Assembly (NCBI GenBank): GCA_007116635.1
Contig: SKIB01000023.1
Span: 17,505 to 41,504 of the forward strand
Length of the DNA: 24,000 nt
From: Saccharospirillaceae bacterium
GTDB taxonomy: Bacteria > Pseudomonadota > Gammaproteobacteria > Pseudomonadales > Natronospirillaceae
Direction: 5' to 3'
Shown: positions 6,674-16,935 of the stretch, in pieces
Numbering within the stretch: the first letter of the stretch is position 1
How the letters are laid out: the number at the start of each line of letters is the position of its first letter
Position numbers and translations under genes: made by a program
The notes under the pieces: model-generated
Database searches by the model: none
What the model saw: the letters and a program-made list of their open reading frames with translations, nothing else
What the model was told of the DNA's origin: nothing

Positions 6674-6686
6674 ACTAATAGGGAAG

Positions 6687-7409
6687 TTATAGCTTGAATT
6701 CGTAGCCAAGGTAAGTTTTTTTTACCAATTCGTTATTCAGAACTGTCGCGGAGTCGCCTTCGGCGATGATACGACCTTCGCCGACAATGTACGCTTGCTG
6801 GCAAATGTCTAGAGTCTCTCGCACATTGTGGTCAGTGATTAAAACGCCTATACCACGCTCGGTAAGTTGGCGTACGATCTGCTTTATGTCACTGACTGAA
6901 ATGGGGTCAACTCCGGCAAAGGGCTCGTCCAGTAGAATAAACGCTGGGTCAGCAGCCAGGGCTCGAGCGATCTCAACACGACGGCGTTCGCCGCCCGAGA
7001 GCGACATGCCCAGAGACTGGCGTATGTGACCAATATTAAAATCATTCAATAGTGTCTCCAAGCGTTGACGTTGCTCGGCTCGACTGATGGGCTGCAGTTG
7101 CAACACCGCCATGATGTTGTCGGCCACACTGAGTTTGCGAAATACTGACGCTTCTTGCGGCAAATAGCCCATGCCTAGCTGAGCGCGCTTATGCATGGGG
7201 GCGCTAGAAATGTCTTTGTCATGCAGGATGATGCGGCCTGAATCAGCAGCCACCAGACCTACGATTATGTAAAAGCTTGTGGTCTTGCCAGCACCATTAG
7301 GGCCTAGTAGACCGACAATTTGGCCTTGTTCGACCTTAAGAGATAAGTCTTTAATAATCTGCCTTTTGCCATAGGCCTTGGCCAGGTTTTGTGCAACTAA
7401 AAAGCTCAT
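6687..7409 (-). CDS. lptB: LPS export ABC transporter ATP-binding protein
   Basis: Walker A is GPNGAGKTT, the signature is LSGGERRR and Walker B is ILLDEP. It is 240 aa and sits between lptA and rpoN as in other gammaproteobacteria. Confidence 0.95.
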   Translation of the reverse strand: MSFLVAQNLAKAYGKRQIIKDLSLKVEQGQIVGLLGPNGAGKTTSFYIIVGLVAADSGRIILHDKDISSAPMHKRAQLGMGYLPQEASVFRKLSVADNIMAVLQLQPISRAEQRQRLETLLNDFNIGHIRQSLGMSLSGGERRRVEIARALAADPAFILLDEPFAGVDPISVSDIKQIVRQLTERGIGVLITDHNVRETLDICQQAYIVGEGRIIAEGDSATVLNNELVKKTYLGYEFKL

Positions 7410-8275
7410 GGCTGGGGCTCCAAAATTTGCAGCCGCACATTGCCTTCGCCCTGACTTCTTTGTTCATCAATGAAAAAAGTCATGCGGTCAGCTTGTTGCT
7501 GGTAACCCAATTGTTTAAGTGAGGCATCTCTTTGGCTCAGGAGTCGGTCTGGGTCTCGGTGATAGCTTAGTTGCTCACCATCAAGGTATAGCGGTAGTTC
7601 TTCGCCCTCAAGCAAGGCTGAGCTTTGAGCAGGCTGGCCATTGGCAAGAAAATGATTGATACCAAAATCATCCACTTCCAGTAAGAAGTCATCTGCTATA
7701 AGGGTTAGGCTTTGCTGTTCGAGGCTTACATTGCCGATTAACTGCCAGCGTTGTTCGTCTACCCACCAAGTGAGCTGATCAGAATTAAAAATCATATCCG
7801 AGGGTTGTTCGGAGTTGGCCAGCCAGCTAGGTGCTTCAAAGTCTAGAAGGATCGTTTGGGTCTGGCCCTGGGCTTTAAGGATTTGCTCTAACTGCTCAAA
7901 TATGAGTTGCTCAGCAGTCAGGGTAACCTCAGGGTGCTCAAGCTTGGCTTGCTGCTTGGCTTGATAGCGATCCTCAAGAGGCCAGACTGTTAACTCCAGA
8001 GCGCTGATTTCAATTGGGTTTTCTGGGTCTCGCCAGTCATTTAGCACTGCAGGCTGGCCAAGGGCTTGTAGTTCACGAATCTGCTGGCCCTCCAAGAAAA
8101 CCAGTAATGTATCGGCCTCTAGTCGCATGCCGTCCTGGGTGGCTACAACTTGTTCCAGATAGCGTATTTGGCCCTGGCGAAGATCTGCTTCGGTGCGCTC
8201 AGCTTTAATGTTGATTTCAAGCGTCAAGCCAAAGCAGGGCACCAGAAGTAATAACCTAATCAGATGAGAATACAT
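7406..8275 (-). CDS. lptA: LptA-like periplasmic LPS transport protein, unusually long (289 aa) and apparently two OstA-like modules
   Basis: It occupies the lptC/lptB slot with an ATGA overlap onto lptB. There is an N-terminal hydrophobic signal-like segment. Two segments each resemble the LptA core: INIKAE...LEADTLLV...ALGQPAVL and MIFNSDQ...[10 protein letters not shown]...ANGQPAQS (compare E. coli IHIESDQ...INADKVVV...GYGKPATF). Confidence 0.75.
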   Translation of the reverse strand: MYSHLIRLLLLVPCFGLTLEINIKAERTEADLRQGQIRYLEQVVATQDGMRLEADTLLVFLEGQQIRELQALGQPAVLNDWRDPENPIEISALELTVWPLEDRYQAKQQAKLEHPEVTLTAEQLIFEQLEQILKAQGQTQTILLDFEAPSWLANSEQPSDMIFNSDQLTWWVDEQRWQLIGNVSLEQQSLTLIADDFLLEVDDFGINHFLANGQPAQSSALLEGEELPLYLDGEQLSYHRDPDRLLSQRDASLKQLGYQQQADRMTFFIDEQRSQGEGNVRLQILEPQP

Positions 8276-8795
8276 ACAAACTGTCCAGATGTTGAGGCAA
8301 TGTTATGTGCTGCTGATCCATATCGAATAGCAAGCCTATGGATTGAAACTGGTGTTCAGTAAATTGAATCCAGGTAAACAGTTCGCTGCTAACCTGCGAG
8401 TTGCTTTGATTCCAAAGTAGTTGGTCGCTCTTAACTTCCAAGAAGTAAGGTTGCCATTGCTCGAGAATGGCGTTGCCAGTGACCAGTAGTTCAGGCTCAG
8501 TATAGCGTAGATGGTCGCCCTGTAGTTGACGGTGTTCAGGTAGTAGTTCTGACCACACAAAATTAGTCAGTATTTGGTGCTCTGGTTGACGGTAATGACG
8601 CATTTCCTTGGCTAGCAAATGGTTGATGACTTCACCCTGTTCATTGAATTGCCAGCGTTCAATGTCGGTACCAAAGCTCAGAAGCTCAGCACTGTTAAGT
8701 TCTGGGTCTAAGATTGTCCCTGATTCAGGTTTTGGCCATAGCCAAATAAGGGTCAAAATGAGGCCAGCAGCAATCACTAACCAGAGTCGACGCAT
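8256..8795 (-). CDS. lptC: LPS export system protein LptC (inner-membrane anchored)
   Basis: The N-terminal TM anchor is MRRLWLVIAAGLILTLIWLW. It is 179 aa and lies between kdsD and lptA. Sequence similarity to E. coli LptC is weak, so the call rests mainly on position and topology. Confidence 0.8.
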   Translation of the reverse strand: MRRLWLVIAAGLILTLIWLWPKPESGTILDPELNSAELLSFGTDIERWQFNEQGEVINHLLAKEMRHYRQPEHQILTNFVWSELLPEHRQLQGDHLRYTEPELLVTGNAILEQWQPYFLEVKSDQLLWNQSNSQVSSELFTWIQFTEHQFQSIGLLFDMDQQHITLPQHLDSLYVFSSD

Positions 8796-9766
8796 TAGGC
8801 AACACCCGCTTTTAATAGGTCATGCATATGGATTACGCCAATGGCACTGCCCTGTTGCATGCATACCAGTGCGCTGATGCTGTGCTCTTCCATCAGGCGT
8901 AAGGCCTCGGCGGCCAAGGCGTTGGCCTCGATACCCACGCCACCTCTGGTCATGAGTTCATCAATTTTTGCACTTTGCAAGTTAACGCCCTTGTCGAGCG
9001 CTCGCCTGAGGTCGCCGTCAGTGAAAATACCAAGATGCTGACCTAGTTCATTATGTACTGTTGTCATGCCCAAGCCTTTGTGCGTAATTTCCATTAGAGC
9101 GTCTAGTACTGGGCTGCCCACTTTAACCCTGGGTAAGCGTTCGCCCTGGTGCATCAAATCCTCGACCCTTAATAACAGTCGCTTACCCAGGCTGCCACCT
9201 GGGTGTGATAATGCAAAATCGTTAGCGCTAAAGCCCCTGGCATCTAATAGGCAAATAGCCAGTGCATCACCCATTACCAGGGCAGCAGTGGTAGAGCTGG
9301 TAGGGGCTAGATTTAACGGGCAGGCTTCTACTTCAACCTCGGTAACAAGGGCGGCATCGGCCAGTTTGGCCAGCGTACTGTGCCTGTCCTTGGTTAGAGA
9401 AATCAAGGGCGTGCCCAGGCGTTTAGCCAGCGGCAGAATGTCCAGTAGCTCACGAGTTTCACCGGAGTGAGAAAGAGCAATGATCACATCGTTTTTGGTA
9501 ATCATACCAAGATCACCATGACTGGCCTCGCCGGGATGAACAAAAAATGCTGGTGTGCCCGTACTGGCAAGGGTGGCTGCAATCTTGTTGGCAATGTGAC
9601 CTGACTTGCCCATGCCTGTCACAACGACCCTTTGCTTGCAGTCTAGGATCAGTTGGCAGGCCTTGCTGAACTGTTGATCAATCAGTGAGCGCAAATGGCT
9701 GATTGCCTGGGCTTGATCGTCGATGCTTTGCTGGGCGATGTGCAAATTAATAGATTTTTTATGCAT
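8795..9766 (-). CDS. kdsD: Arabinose-5-phosphate isomerase (SIS domain plus tandem CBS)
   Basis: The SIS motif is VVVTGMGKSGHIANKIAATLASTGTPAFFVHPGEASHGDLG, and a C-terminal CBS pair is present. It is 323 aa, and its stop overlaps the lptC ATG (TAATG). Confidence 0.93.
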   Translation of the reverse strand: MHKKSINLHIAQQSIDDQAQAISHLRSLIDQQFSKACQLILDCKQRVVVTGMGKSGHIANKIAATLASTGTPAFFVHPGEASHGDLGMITKNDVIIALSHSGETRELLDILPLAKRLGTPLISLTKDRHSTLAKLADAALVTEVEVEACPLNLAPTSSTTAALVMGDALAICLLDARGFSANDFALSHPGGSLGKRLLLRVEDLMHQGERLPRVKVGSPVLDALMEITHKGLGMTTVHNELGQHLGIFTDGDLRRALDKGVNLQSAKIDELMTRGGVGIEANALAAEALRLMEEHSISALVCMQQGSAIGVIHMHDLLKAGVA

Positions 9767-9877
9767 GGTATCTTAGCTTAAGGAAGGCATGGCAGAATGT
9801 ATCAAGTGCTAGTGATAATTGCCAGTCTGGGTATGCTGGCAGCTAGGAAATATCTGAATTTTGCTCTGGCTTTGAGC

Positions 9878-9906
9878 ATGCAAGCTGATCATCATTGCTC
9901 TATAAT
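9878..9906 (+). promoter_or_regulatory. Candidate sigma-70 promoter for ibaG-murA (ATGCAA-N17-TATAAT)
   Basis: A perfect TATAAT lies at 9901..9906, 27 nt upstream of the ibaG ATG, with GGAGAGAG as the SD. The -35 is weak. Confidence 0.4.
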
Positions 9907-9932
9907 GGCGGCAATTTTGCTGGAGAGAGCCA

Positions 9933-11431
<1,499 letters not shown>

Positions 11432-11440
11432 GATCAACTG

Positions 11441-12088
11441 ATGACTAAACAAGATGACATGGTAATAGCTCTGTCCAAGGGTCGAATCTTAGACGATACC
11501 CTGCCCTTGCTTGCTAAGGCTGGTATTGAACCTTTAGAAGATGTACGCAGCAGTCGCAAGCTGATTTTTCCAACCAATCAGCCTAATCTGTCTTTGATCG
11601 TCATACGTGCCACTGACGTACCCACCTATGTAGAGCGCGGGGTGGCGCATCTTGGTATTGCCGGTAAAGACGTGCTCATGGAGCATGGGGCTAAAGACAT
11701 TTATGAGTTGCTGGATTTACGCATCGCCCGTTGCCGCTTAATGACGGCTGGAATTAAAGGTGTTCCCAGAGTTAAGGGCAGGGTGCGAGTCGCCAGCAAG
11801 TTCACCAGTATTGCTCGAAGTTATTTTGCTGAGCGAGGTAAGCAGGTCGATATCATCAAGCTGTATGGCGGCATGGAGCTGGCACCCTTGCTGGGCTTGG
11901 CCGATGAGATCGTCGACATTGTTGATACTGGTAAGACTCTTACAGCCAATGGCCTTGAGCCACGAGAGTTGATTGCTGATATTTCTTCACGTTTGATTGT
12001 CAGTCGTGCTGCCTATAAGCGTAATCAACAGCAGATTGATCCCATAGTAGAAAAATTAGCTGCTGCTATGGCACAGCTGGAGGTTTAG
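11441..12088 (+). CDS. hisG: ATP phosphoribosyltransferase, short (HisZ-dependent) form
   Basis: [21 protein letters not shown] and [14 protein letters not shown] are both present. At 215 aa it lacks the C-terminal regulatory domain of long HisG. An alternative start at 11459 (MVIALSKGR) is possible. Confidence 0.93.
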   Translation: MTKQDDMVIALSKGRILDDTLPLLAKAGIEPLEDVRSSRKLIFPTNQPNLSLIVIRATDVPTYVERGVAHLGIAGKDVLMEHGAKDIYELLDLRIARCRLMTAGIKGVPRVKGRVRVASKFTSIARSYFAERGKQVDIIKLYGGMELAPLLGLADEIVDIVDTGKTLTANGLEPRELIADISSRLIVSRAAYKRNQQQIDPIVEKLAAAMAQLEV

Positions 12089-13405
12089 ATGATAGAAATT
12101 CGCCGTTTAAGCATTCAGGACACCGACTTCCAACAGCAGTTACAGCAGCTGCTGGCCTGGGAAGGGGTTTCTGATGAGTCTGTGCAGCAGGGTGTTAAAC
12201 AAATCATTGCTCAGGTGCGCCAGGGTGGTGACCAGGTATTGGTAGAGCTGACTAATCGCTTTGATCGTACCTCGGCCCAGGCTATGCATGAGCTGGTGAT
12301 TGAGCAGGCAGAGCTGCAACAGGCCCTTGAGCGGTTGCCGCAGTCACAGCGTGACGCCTTAACAGTGGCAGCGCAACGCATTCGTGATTATCACCAGCGT
12401 CAGTTGCAAACCTCTTGGCGGTACACCGAAGCTGATGGCACCGTACTTGGTCAGCAAATTACCCCTTTGGACTCGGTAGGGCTGTATGTACCCGCCGGCA
12501 CGGCTCCCTTAGCTTCCAGCGTGCTGATGAATGCCATTCCAGCGCAAGTAGCCGGCGTCCAGCAGTTGGTGATGGTAAGTCCTATGCCTGAGGGTAAGCG
12601 TTCTGACTTTTTGTTGGCTGCTGCTGCTCTGGCGGGCATTACCCGGGTATTCGCTATTGGTGGTGCTCAAGCAGTGGCCGCCCTGGCCTATGGCACGCAA
12701 ACCGTACCGGCAGTTGATAAGATCGTTGGTCCTGGTAATACCTGGGTGGCTACGGCCAAACGCGAAGTTTTTGGCAAGGTCGGTATCGATATGATTGCTG
12801 GGCCCAGTGAGATCCTTGTTGTTTCGGATGGCAGTACCTCTGCCAGCTGGTTGGCCGAAGACATGTTTTCTCAGGCCGAGCACGACACTCTGGCGCAATC
12901 CATTTTGATCAGTACCAGTGCTGAGCATCTGGAGGCTGTGGCTCAGGCCATGAGCGAGCAGGTGGAAACTCACCCCAGAGCCGACATTATCCGTAAGTCC
13001 TTGGCCGACCGTGGCGCTTTAATATTGGTTGATAATGAGCAACAGGCCCTAGACCTGATCAATCAGATTGCGCCAGAGCACTTGGAGCTGTCAGTATCCG
13101 ATCCTGAGTCTTGGTTGCCTGGTATTCGCCACGCGGGTGCTATCTTTATGGGTGCCTACAGTGCTGAGTCCTTAGGCGATTATTGCGCTGGTCCGAACCA
13201 TGTGTTGCCCACTTCGGGTTCGGCACGATTTAGTTCGCCACTTGGCGTTTATGATTTCCAAAAGCGCTCCAGCATCATTTTTGCTAGTGCTCAGGGTGCC
13301 AACAAATTGGGTAAGGTCGCAGCTGAGCTGGCTAGGGGAGAGGGCTTGGAGGCTCATGCTCGTAGTGCATTGTGCCGAGTAACAGATCAGCGAGGTGATG
13401 CATGA
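12089..13405 (+). CDS. hisD: Histidinol dehydrogenase
   Basis: Conserved segments include [43 protein letters not shown] and APEHLEL. GGAGG lies upstream, and the ATG directly abuts the hisG stop. Confidence 0.96.
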   Translation: MIEIRRLSIQDTDFQQQLQQLLAWEGVSDESVQQGVKQIIAQVRQGGDQVLVELTNRFDRTSAQAMHELVIEQAELQQALERLPQSQRDALTVAAQRIRDYHQRQLQTSWRYTEADGTVLGQQITPLDSVGLYVPAGTAPLASSVLMNAIPAQVAGVQQLVMVSPMPEGKRSDFLLAAAALAGITRVFAIGGAQAVAALAYGTQTVPAVDKIVGPGNTWVATAKREVFGKVGIDMIAGPSEILVVSDGSTSASWLAEDMFSQAEHDTLAQSILISTSAEHLEAVAQAMSEQVETHPRADIIRKSLADRGALILVDNEQQALDLINQIAPEHLELSVSDPESWLPGIRHAGAIFMGAYSAESLGDYCAGPNHVLPTSGSARFSSPLGVYDFQKRSSIIFASAQGANKLGKVAAELARGEGLEAHARSALCRVTDQRGDA

Positions 13406-14187
13406 GTCTTGCCGCGGTGCAACTCAATCAATATCTGACTGATATGCTTGGCAGCCATGGGCTCAAAGACTATTGTGCTAACGGCTGGCAAGTGCAGGGC
13501 AGGGCACAAATCAGCAAGCTGGTGACCGGTGTGACGGCCAGTCAGACCTTTTTGCAACAGGCCATTGCTGCAGGTGCTGATGCTGTTTTGGTGCATCATG
13601 GTTGGTTTTGGCAGGGCGAGGATCCTCGTGTTTTGGGTGTTAAGTACCAGCGTTTGAGTCAGGTGATAAAGTCTGACTTAAATCTCTTTGCCTATCATTT
13701 GCCCTTGGATCTGCACCCTGAGTTTGGTAACAATGTTTGTCTTGGGCGTTTATTGGCAGTGCAAAACTTGCGCACATTAAGTGGTAAAGCCTTGACGGCA
13801 ACTAATCCTGAGTTAGTGTTGCGAGCTGAGCTTCCTCAGGCCATCACTCTGGCCGAGTTACAGGGGCGGCTGGCTTCGCTCTTGGACTTTGATCCACTGT
13901 TGATAGGTGATCCTGAGCGTCAGGTGCGGCGCATCAGTTGGTGTACTGGCGCAGCCATGCGCGAGTTTCAGTCCATGGTAGCTGCTGGAATGGCCTCAGA
14001 CATAGATGTCTTTATCTCTGGAGAGATTTCTGAACCCTGTACTCACCTAGCGCTGGAGTCTGGTATTGCCTATTTGGCTGCTGGCCATCATGCTACTGAG
14101 CGGCTAGGGGTTCAGGCAATTGGCGAGCATTTAGCCCAGACCTTTGGTGTGCAGCATCAATTTATTGATTGTCCGGTGCCGGTATGA
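13402..14187 (+). CDS. ybgI: Nif3-family dinuclear-metal-centre protein (YbgI / GTP cyclohydrolase 1 type 2 homolog)
   Basis: [40 protein letters not shown] and [11 protein letters not shown] are hallmark Nif3/YbgI motifs. An ATGA overlap joins it to the hisD stop. Confidence 0.88.
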   Translation: MSLAAVQLNQYLTDMLGSHGLKDYCANGWQVQGRAQISKLVTGVTASQTFLQQAIAAGADAVLVHHGWFWQGEDPRVLGVKYQRLSQVIKSDLNLFAYHLPLDLHPEFGNNVCLGRLLAVQNLRTLSGKALTATNPELVLRAELPQAITLAELQGRLASLLDFDPLLIGDPERQVRRISWCTGAAMREFQSMVAAGMASDIDVFISGEISEPCTHLALESGIAYLAAGHHATERLGVQAIGEHLAQTFGVQHQFIDCPVPV

Positions 14188-14492
14188 AACAACTATCTGA
14201 TGACGAATTGCAGGCCTATCTACTAGGTCAAACATCAACCATTGATTTTGTGGCCTTGCAGCCAAACTTTGCGCGTGGTCAGTGTATCTGGCTGGCGCCA
14301 AGCTTGGATTTATTGCAAGTTGCCAAAGCCATGATTCAGGATCATGCTGAGCAAATCAAGGCTTGGCAGCAGCAAGGGCTGGTAAAGGCCTTGCCAGATC
14401 AGCAAGCCGAACAGTGGTTAACCACCAAGGCGCAGGTTTGGGCTTTGGTGGTTACTCCTTGGGTACTGGTGCAAGACCTTAATAAGGATTAA
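14184..14492 (+). CDS. Small conserved hypothetical protein (possibly DUF2288-like; family assignment from memory, unverified)
   Basis: This is track ORF 14169..14492, whose start is a TTG. The ATG at 14184 overlaps the nif3-family stop as ATGA. The product is about 102 aa and ends ...WALVVTPWVLVQD. Confidence 0.65.
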   Translation: MKQLSDDELQAYLLGQTSTIDFVALQPNFARGQCIWLAPSLDLLQVAKAMIQDHAEQIKAWQQQGLVKALPDQQAEQWLTTKAQVWALVVTPWVLVQDLNKD

Positions 14493-16053
14493 TGGGGACA
14501 TCCATCACCAGTTGTTGGCCAGTTCGTAATTGATTAATGTTATTGCGTTGGCGAATGTGCTGGCTGCTGACATTGAATCTGCTACTAATGCTGCTGAGGG
14601 TGTCACCTGGTCTTACTTGGTAAAATACCGTTCTGGTGATCACTTCTCTGGGCCCCTGTGGCTGTTGGTTGCTGGAGCTGCTGGCAAATATTTGTAGCTC
14701 CTGACCAATCCGCAATACGGCATTTGAGTTGAGATTATTCCATTGCGTAAGCTGAGCCACAGTTACCCCATGTTGGCGCGCAATGGTCCATAGACTTTCA
14801 CCTGCTCGTACTTGGTGCGTGGCTGTGCTGGCTTGATCCTGCGGGTTAGGTTGATGAATACTTAGGGCGCTTGACCCAGGAATCAATAATTCTTGACCGA
14901 TACGTATTAGGTTGCCTTCTAAATTGTTACTGGTTTTTATGATGTCAATTGTGCTGTTGTACTGTTGTGCAATGCCGCCTAGGGTGTCGCCTGCCACAAC
15001 AATATGTCTTTGCCACTGAATGCGCTCTTTTTGGGGAAGGCTGCCAAGGAATTCAACCACTTTGTCTTCATGCTCTTTAGGCACTAGTAAGCGATGAGGG
15101 CCGAGTGGCGGTGTGCTCCAGCGGTTTAAGCCTGGGTTGAGTCTGTACAGTTGGTCAAGTTCAAGTTGTAAAAGATTGGCAATCAGGCCTAAGTCGATTT
15201 GCCCGCCGGTATAAACCTCAACAAAACTAGGTTCTTTGCTTAGCTCGGGCAGGGCAATGTTATGTTGCTCCGGGTAGCTCATTAGTTCGCTCATGGCAAT
15301 GATCTTGCCAACGTACTCTCGGGTTTCTCGGTTGAGTTGCAAAGACCAGTAGTCATCATCTAGGCCTTGTTCTCTGTTGCGCTGTTGAGCTCGCAAAATG
15401 GTGCCAGCGCCACCATTATAGGCGGCAATGGCTAGGGGCCAGTCGTTGAAGGTACGATAGTGCTGCTCAAGGTAGTCCAGAGCAACCTGAGTAGCGGCGA
15501 TGATGTCTCGTCTTCCGTCATACCACCAATCCTGCTCTAAACCAAAGTGCCGACCAGTACTGGGTATAAACTGCCAAATACCAGCAGCACGACCTTGAGA
15601 AAAGGCAAAGGGGTCGAGGTTGCTTTCAATGATGGGTAGCATTAAGAGTTCACTGGGCAAGCCTCTTTTGCTAATTTGCTGCTGTATGTAGGGTAGGTAC
15701 AGCTCACCACGCTCTTGAAGTTGAGAAAACAGTCCTGTTTGGTGAGCGTAATGTTGAATATGAGCTTCCACTCTGTCATTAGGGAAGTCGAGTATTTGTC
15801 TTGTTTGATGCCATTGTGACCAAGGATCAGAGGCCATTTCAGGCTGCTGGGTATTTGTGGTCGGCTCAGGTTGTTGCTTGCCTTGGCCGTGCTGCCAAAA
15901 TTCAGAAGATTCTTGATCGCGATTGCTGGCCATGTCCTCAATAGTTGAGTGTTCATCAGAGACTAGGGTGTCTTGATCTGCTGTGATCGGCAGTAGGGTG
16001 CAAGCGCAGAGACAGAGAGAGCACATTAGAGCAATAAGAGGCGCTTTATTCAT
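14479..16053 (-). CDS. mltD: Membrane-bound lytic murein transglycosylase D (lipoprotein; SLT domain plus 3 LysM)
   Basis: The lipoprotein signal MNKAPLIALMCSLCLCAC has an L-C-A-C lipobox. The SLT catalytic region is LPIIESNLDPFAFSQGRAAGIWQF. Three C-terminal LysM repeats follow (HIVVAGDTLGGIA..., HQVRAGESLWTIA..., YQVRPGDTLSSIS...). I trimmed the track ORF (from 16284) to the ATG at 16053. Confidence 0.9.
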   Translation of the reverse strand: MNKAPLIALMCSLCLCACTLLPITADQDTLVSDEHSTIEDMASNRDQESSEFWQHGQGKQQPEPTTNTQQPEMASDPWSQWHQTRQILDFPNDRVEAHIQHYAHQTGLFSQLQERGELYLPYIQQQISKRGLPSELLMLPIIESNLDPFAFSQGRAAGIWQFIPSTGRHFGLEQDWWYDGRRDIIAATQVALDYLEQHYRTFNDWPLAIAAYNGGAGTILRAQQRNREQGLDDDYWSLQLNRETREYVGKIIAMSELMSYPEQHNIALPELSKEPSFVEVYTGGQIDLGLIANLLQLELDQLYRLNPGLNRWSTPPLGPHRLLVPKEHEDKVVEFLGSLPQKERIQWQRHIVVAGDTLGGIAQQYNSTIDIIKTSNNLEGNLIRIGQELLIPGSSALSIHQPNPQDQASTATHQVRAGESLWTIARQHGVTVAQLTQWNNLNSNAVLRIGQELQIFASSSSNQQPQGPREVITRTVFYQVRPGDTLSSISSRFNVSSQHIRQRNNINQLRTGQQLVMDVPINPY

Positions 16054-16188
16054 GGTTAAAGATGTTTTGTTTAGAAATTGACCGCAAATTTTATGCCCTG
16101 ACTTACAGGCTGGCAAGTTCGTTACGAATTTTTCCCCTTTGATGTGGTAGACTTCAAAAAACAGCACTTTTAAACACGAGTCGCATTT

Positions 16189-16935
16189 ATGTCCGATCAA
16201 GGCAAAGAGCGCCAGCGTCAACAATGGTACGCTAAGCAAACGGGGCAAATGTTGCTGGCTGCTGAGCGTCAGGCGGCTCAACATTTGCTGCGGGATAGCC
16301 TAGGGTTTCGTTTGCTGCAGTTAGATGCAGGTGCACAGTATCCACTATGGCTGGAACAGGGGTCAGGCTGCCATTGTTTGCTTTCGCTGCTTCCTTCACG
16401 CTGTCATTGTCCACAAATACAGGCTCGTAGTGACAGCCTGCCTTTTCAGTCAAAATCGCTTGATGTGATCATCATGCATCATAGTTTAGACTTCTCAGCC
16501 GATGCTTATGCCTCTTTAAGAGAGGCGAGTCGATGCTTAACAGACTCTGGCACGCTGTTGATCTTTGGTTTTAATCCCGGTATCTGGTCTTTATTGCGTC
16601 AGGTGCCGCCCTTGGCTCCAGTGTTGTCGGATGCACGATTTTTTTCGCCTCATCGTGTTGTTGACTGGTTGTCTTTGCTTGATTTGCAGTTAGAGTCCCT
16701 AGATTGGTTGCACCCAAAGTGCTGTCACTGGTTTGGTCGACAAGCACGAGAACCAAGCTTTGTTAGCCGCAAACTGGGGCATTTTTTGCCCTGGTTAAAT
16801 GCAAGCTATGTGATTAAGGCTCGCAAGCGTACTATGGCTCGTGTTTCAAATTCATTGTTGAGTCCGTTGCCCTTAGGTATCGCTAGGCCTCAGTTAAACC
16901 GAGATTCCTTAAAGGTTGAATCATGCGACAAATAA
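16189..16935 (+). CDS. yafS: YafS-like class I SAM-dependent methyltransferase-fold protein
   Basis: LPFQSKSLDVIIMHHSLDF..D....LREASRCLTDSGTLLIFGFNP...DWLSLLDL aligns by eye with E. coli YafS (LPFADKSVDVCLLAHTLPW...LREADRVLIDDGWLVISGFNP...DWLSLLNF). It also has the conserved neighbourhood next to mltD and dnaQ. Confidence 0.8.
   Translation: MSDQGKERQRQQWYAKQTGQMLLAAERQAAQHLLRDSLGFRLLQLDAGAQYPLWLEQGSGCHCLLSLLPSRCHCPQIQARSDSLPFQSKSLDVIIMHHSLDFSADAYASLREASRCLTDSGTLLIFGFNPGIWSLLRQVPPLAPVLSDARFFSPHRVVDWLSLLDLQLESLDWLHPKCCHWFGRQAREPSFVSRKLGHFLPWLNASYVIKARKRTMARVSNSLLSPLPLGIARPQLNRDSLKVESCDK

Noticed and set aside
9066-9470. Antisense ORFs inside kdsD (9066..9470, 8841..9041), murA (10852..11322, 10931..11179, 10135..10401), hisD (12509..12973, 12451..12639, 13172..13357), lptB (6766..7029) and the ECF sigma gene (2569..2832)
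   Set aside because: Each is nested in a well-supported housekeeping gene on the opposite strand, or in another frame of it, and has an Arg/Ser/Ala-rich shadow-frame composition.
16054-16284. The 77-codon N-terminal extension of the mltD ORF in the track (start at 16284)
   Set aside because: The extension overlaps the start of the yafS-like gene on the other strand. It precedes a perfect lipoprotein signal peptide that begins at the ATG at 16053, so the real start is 16053.
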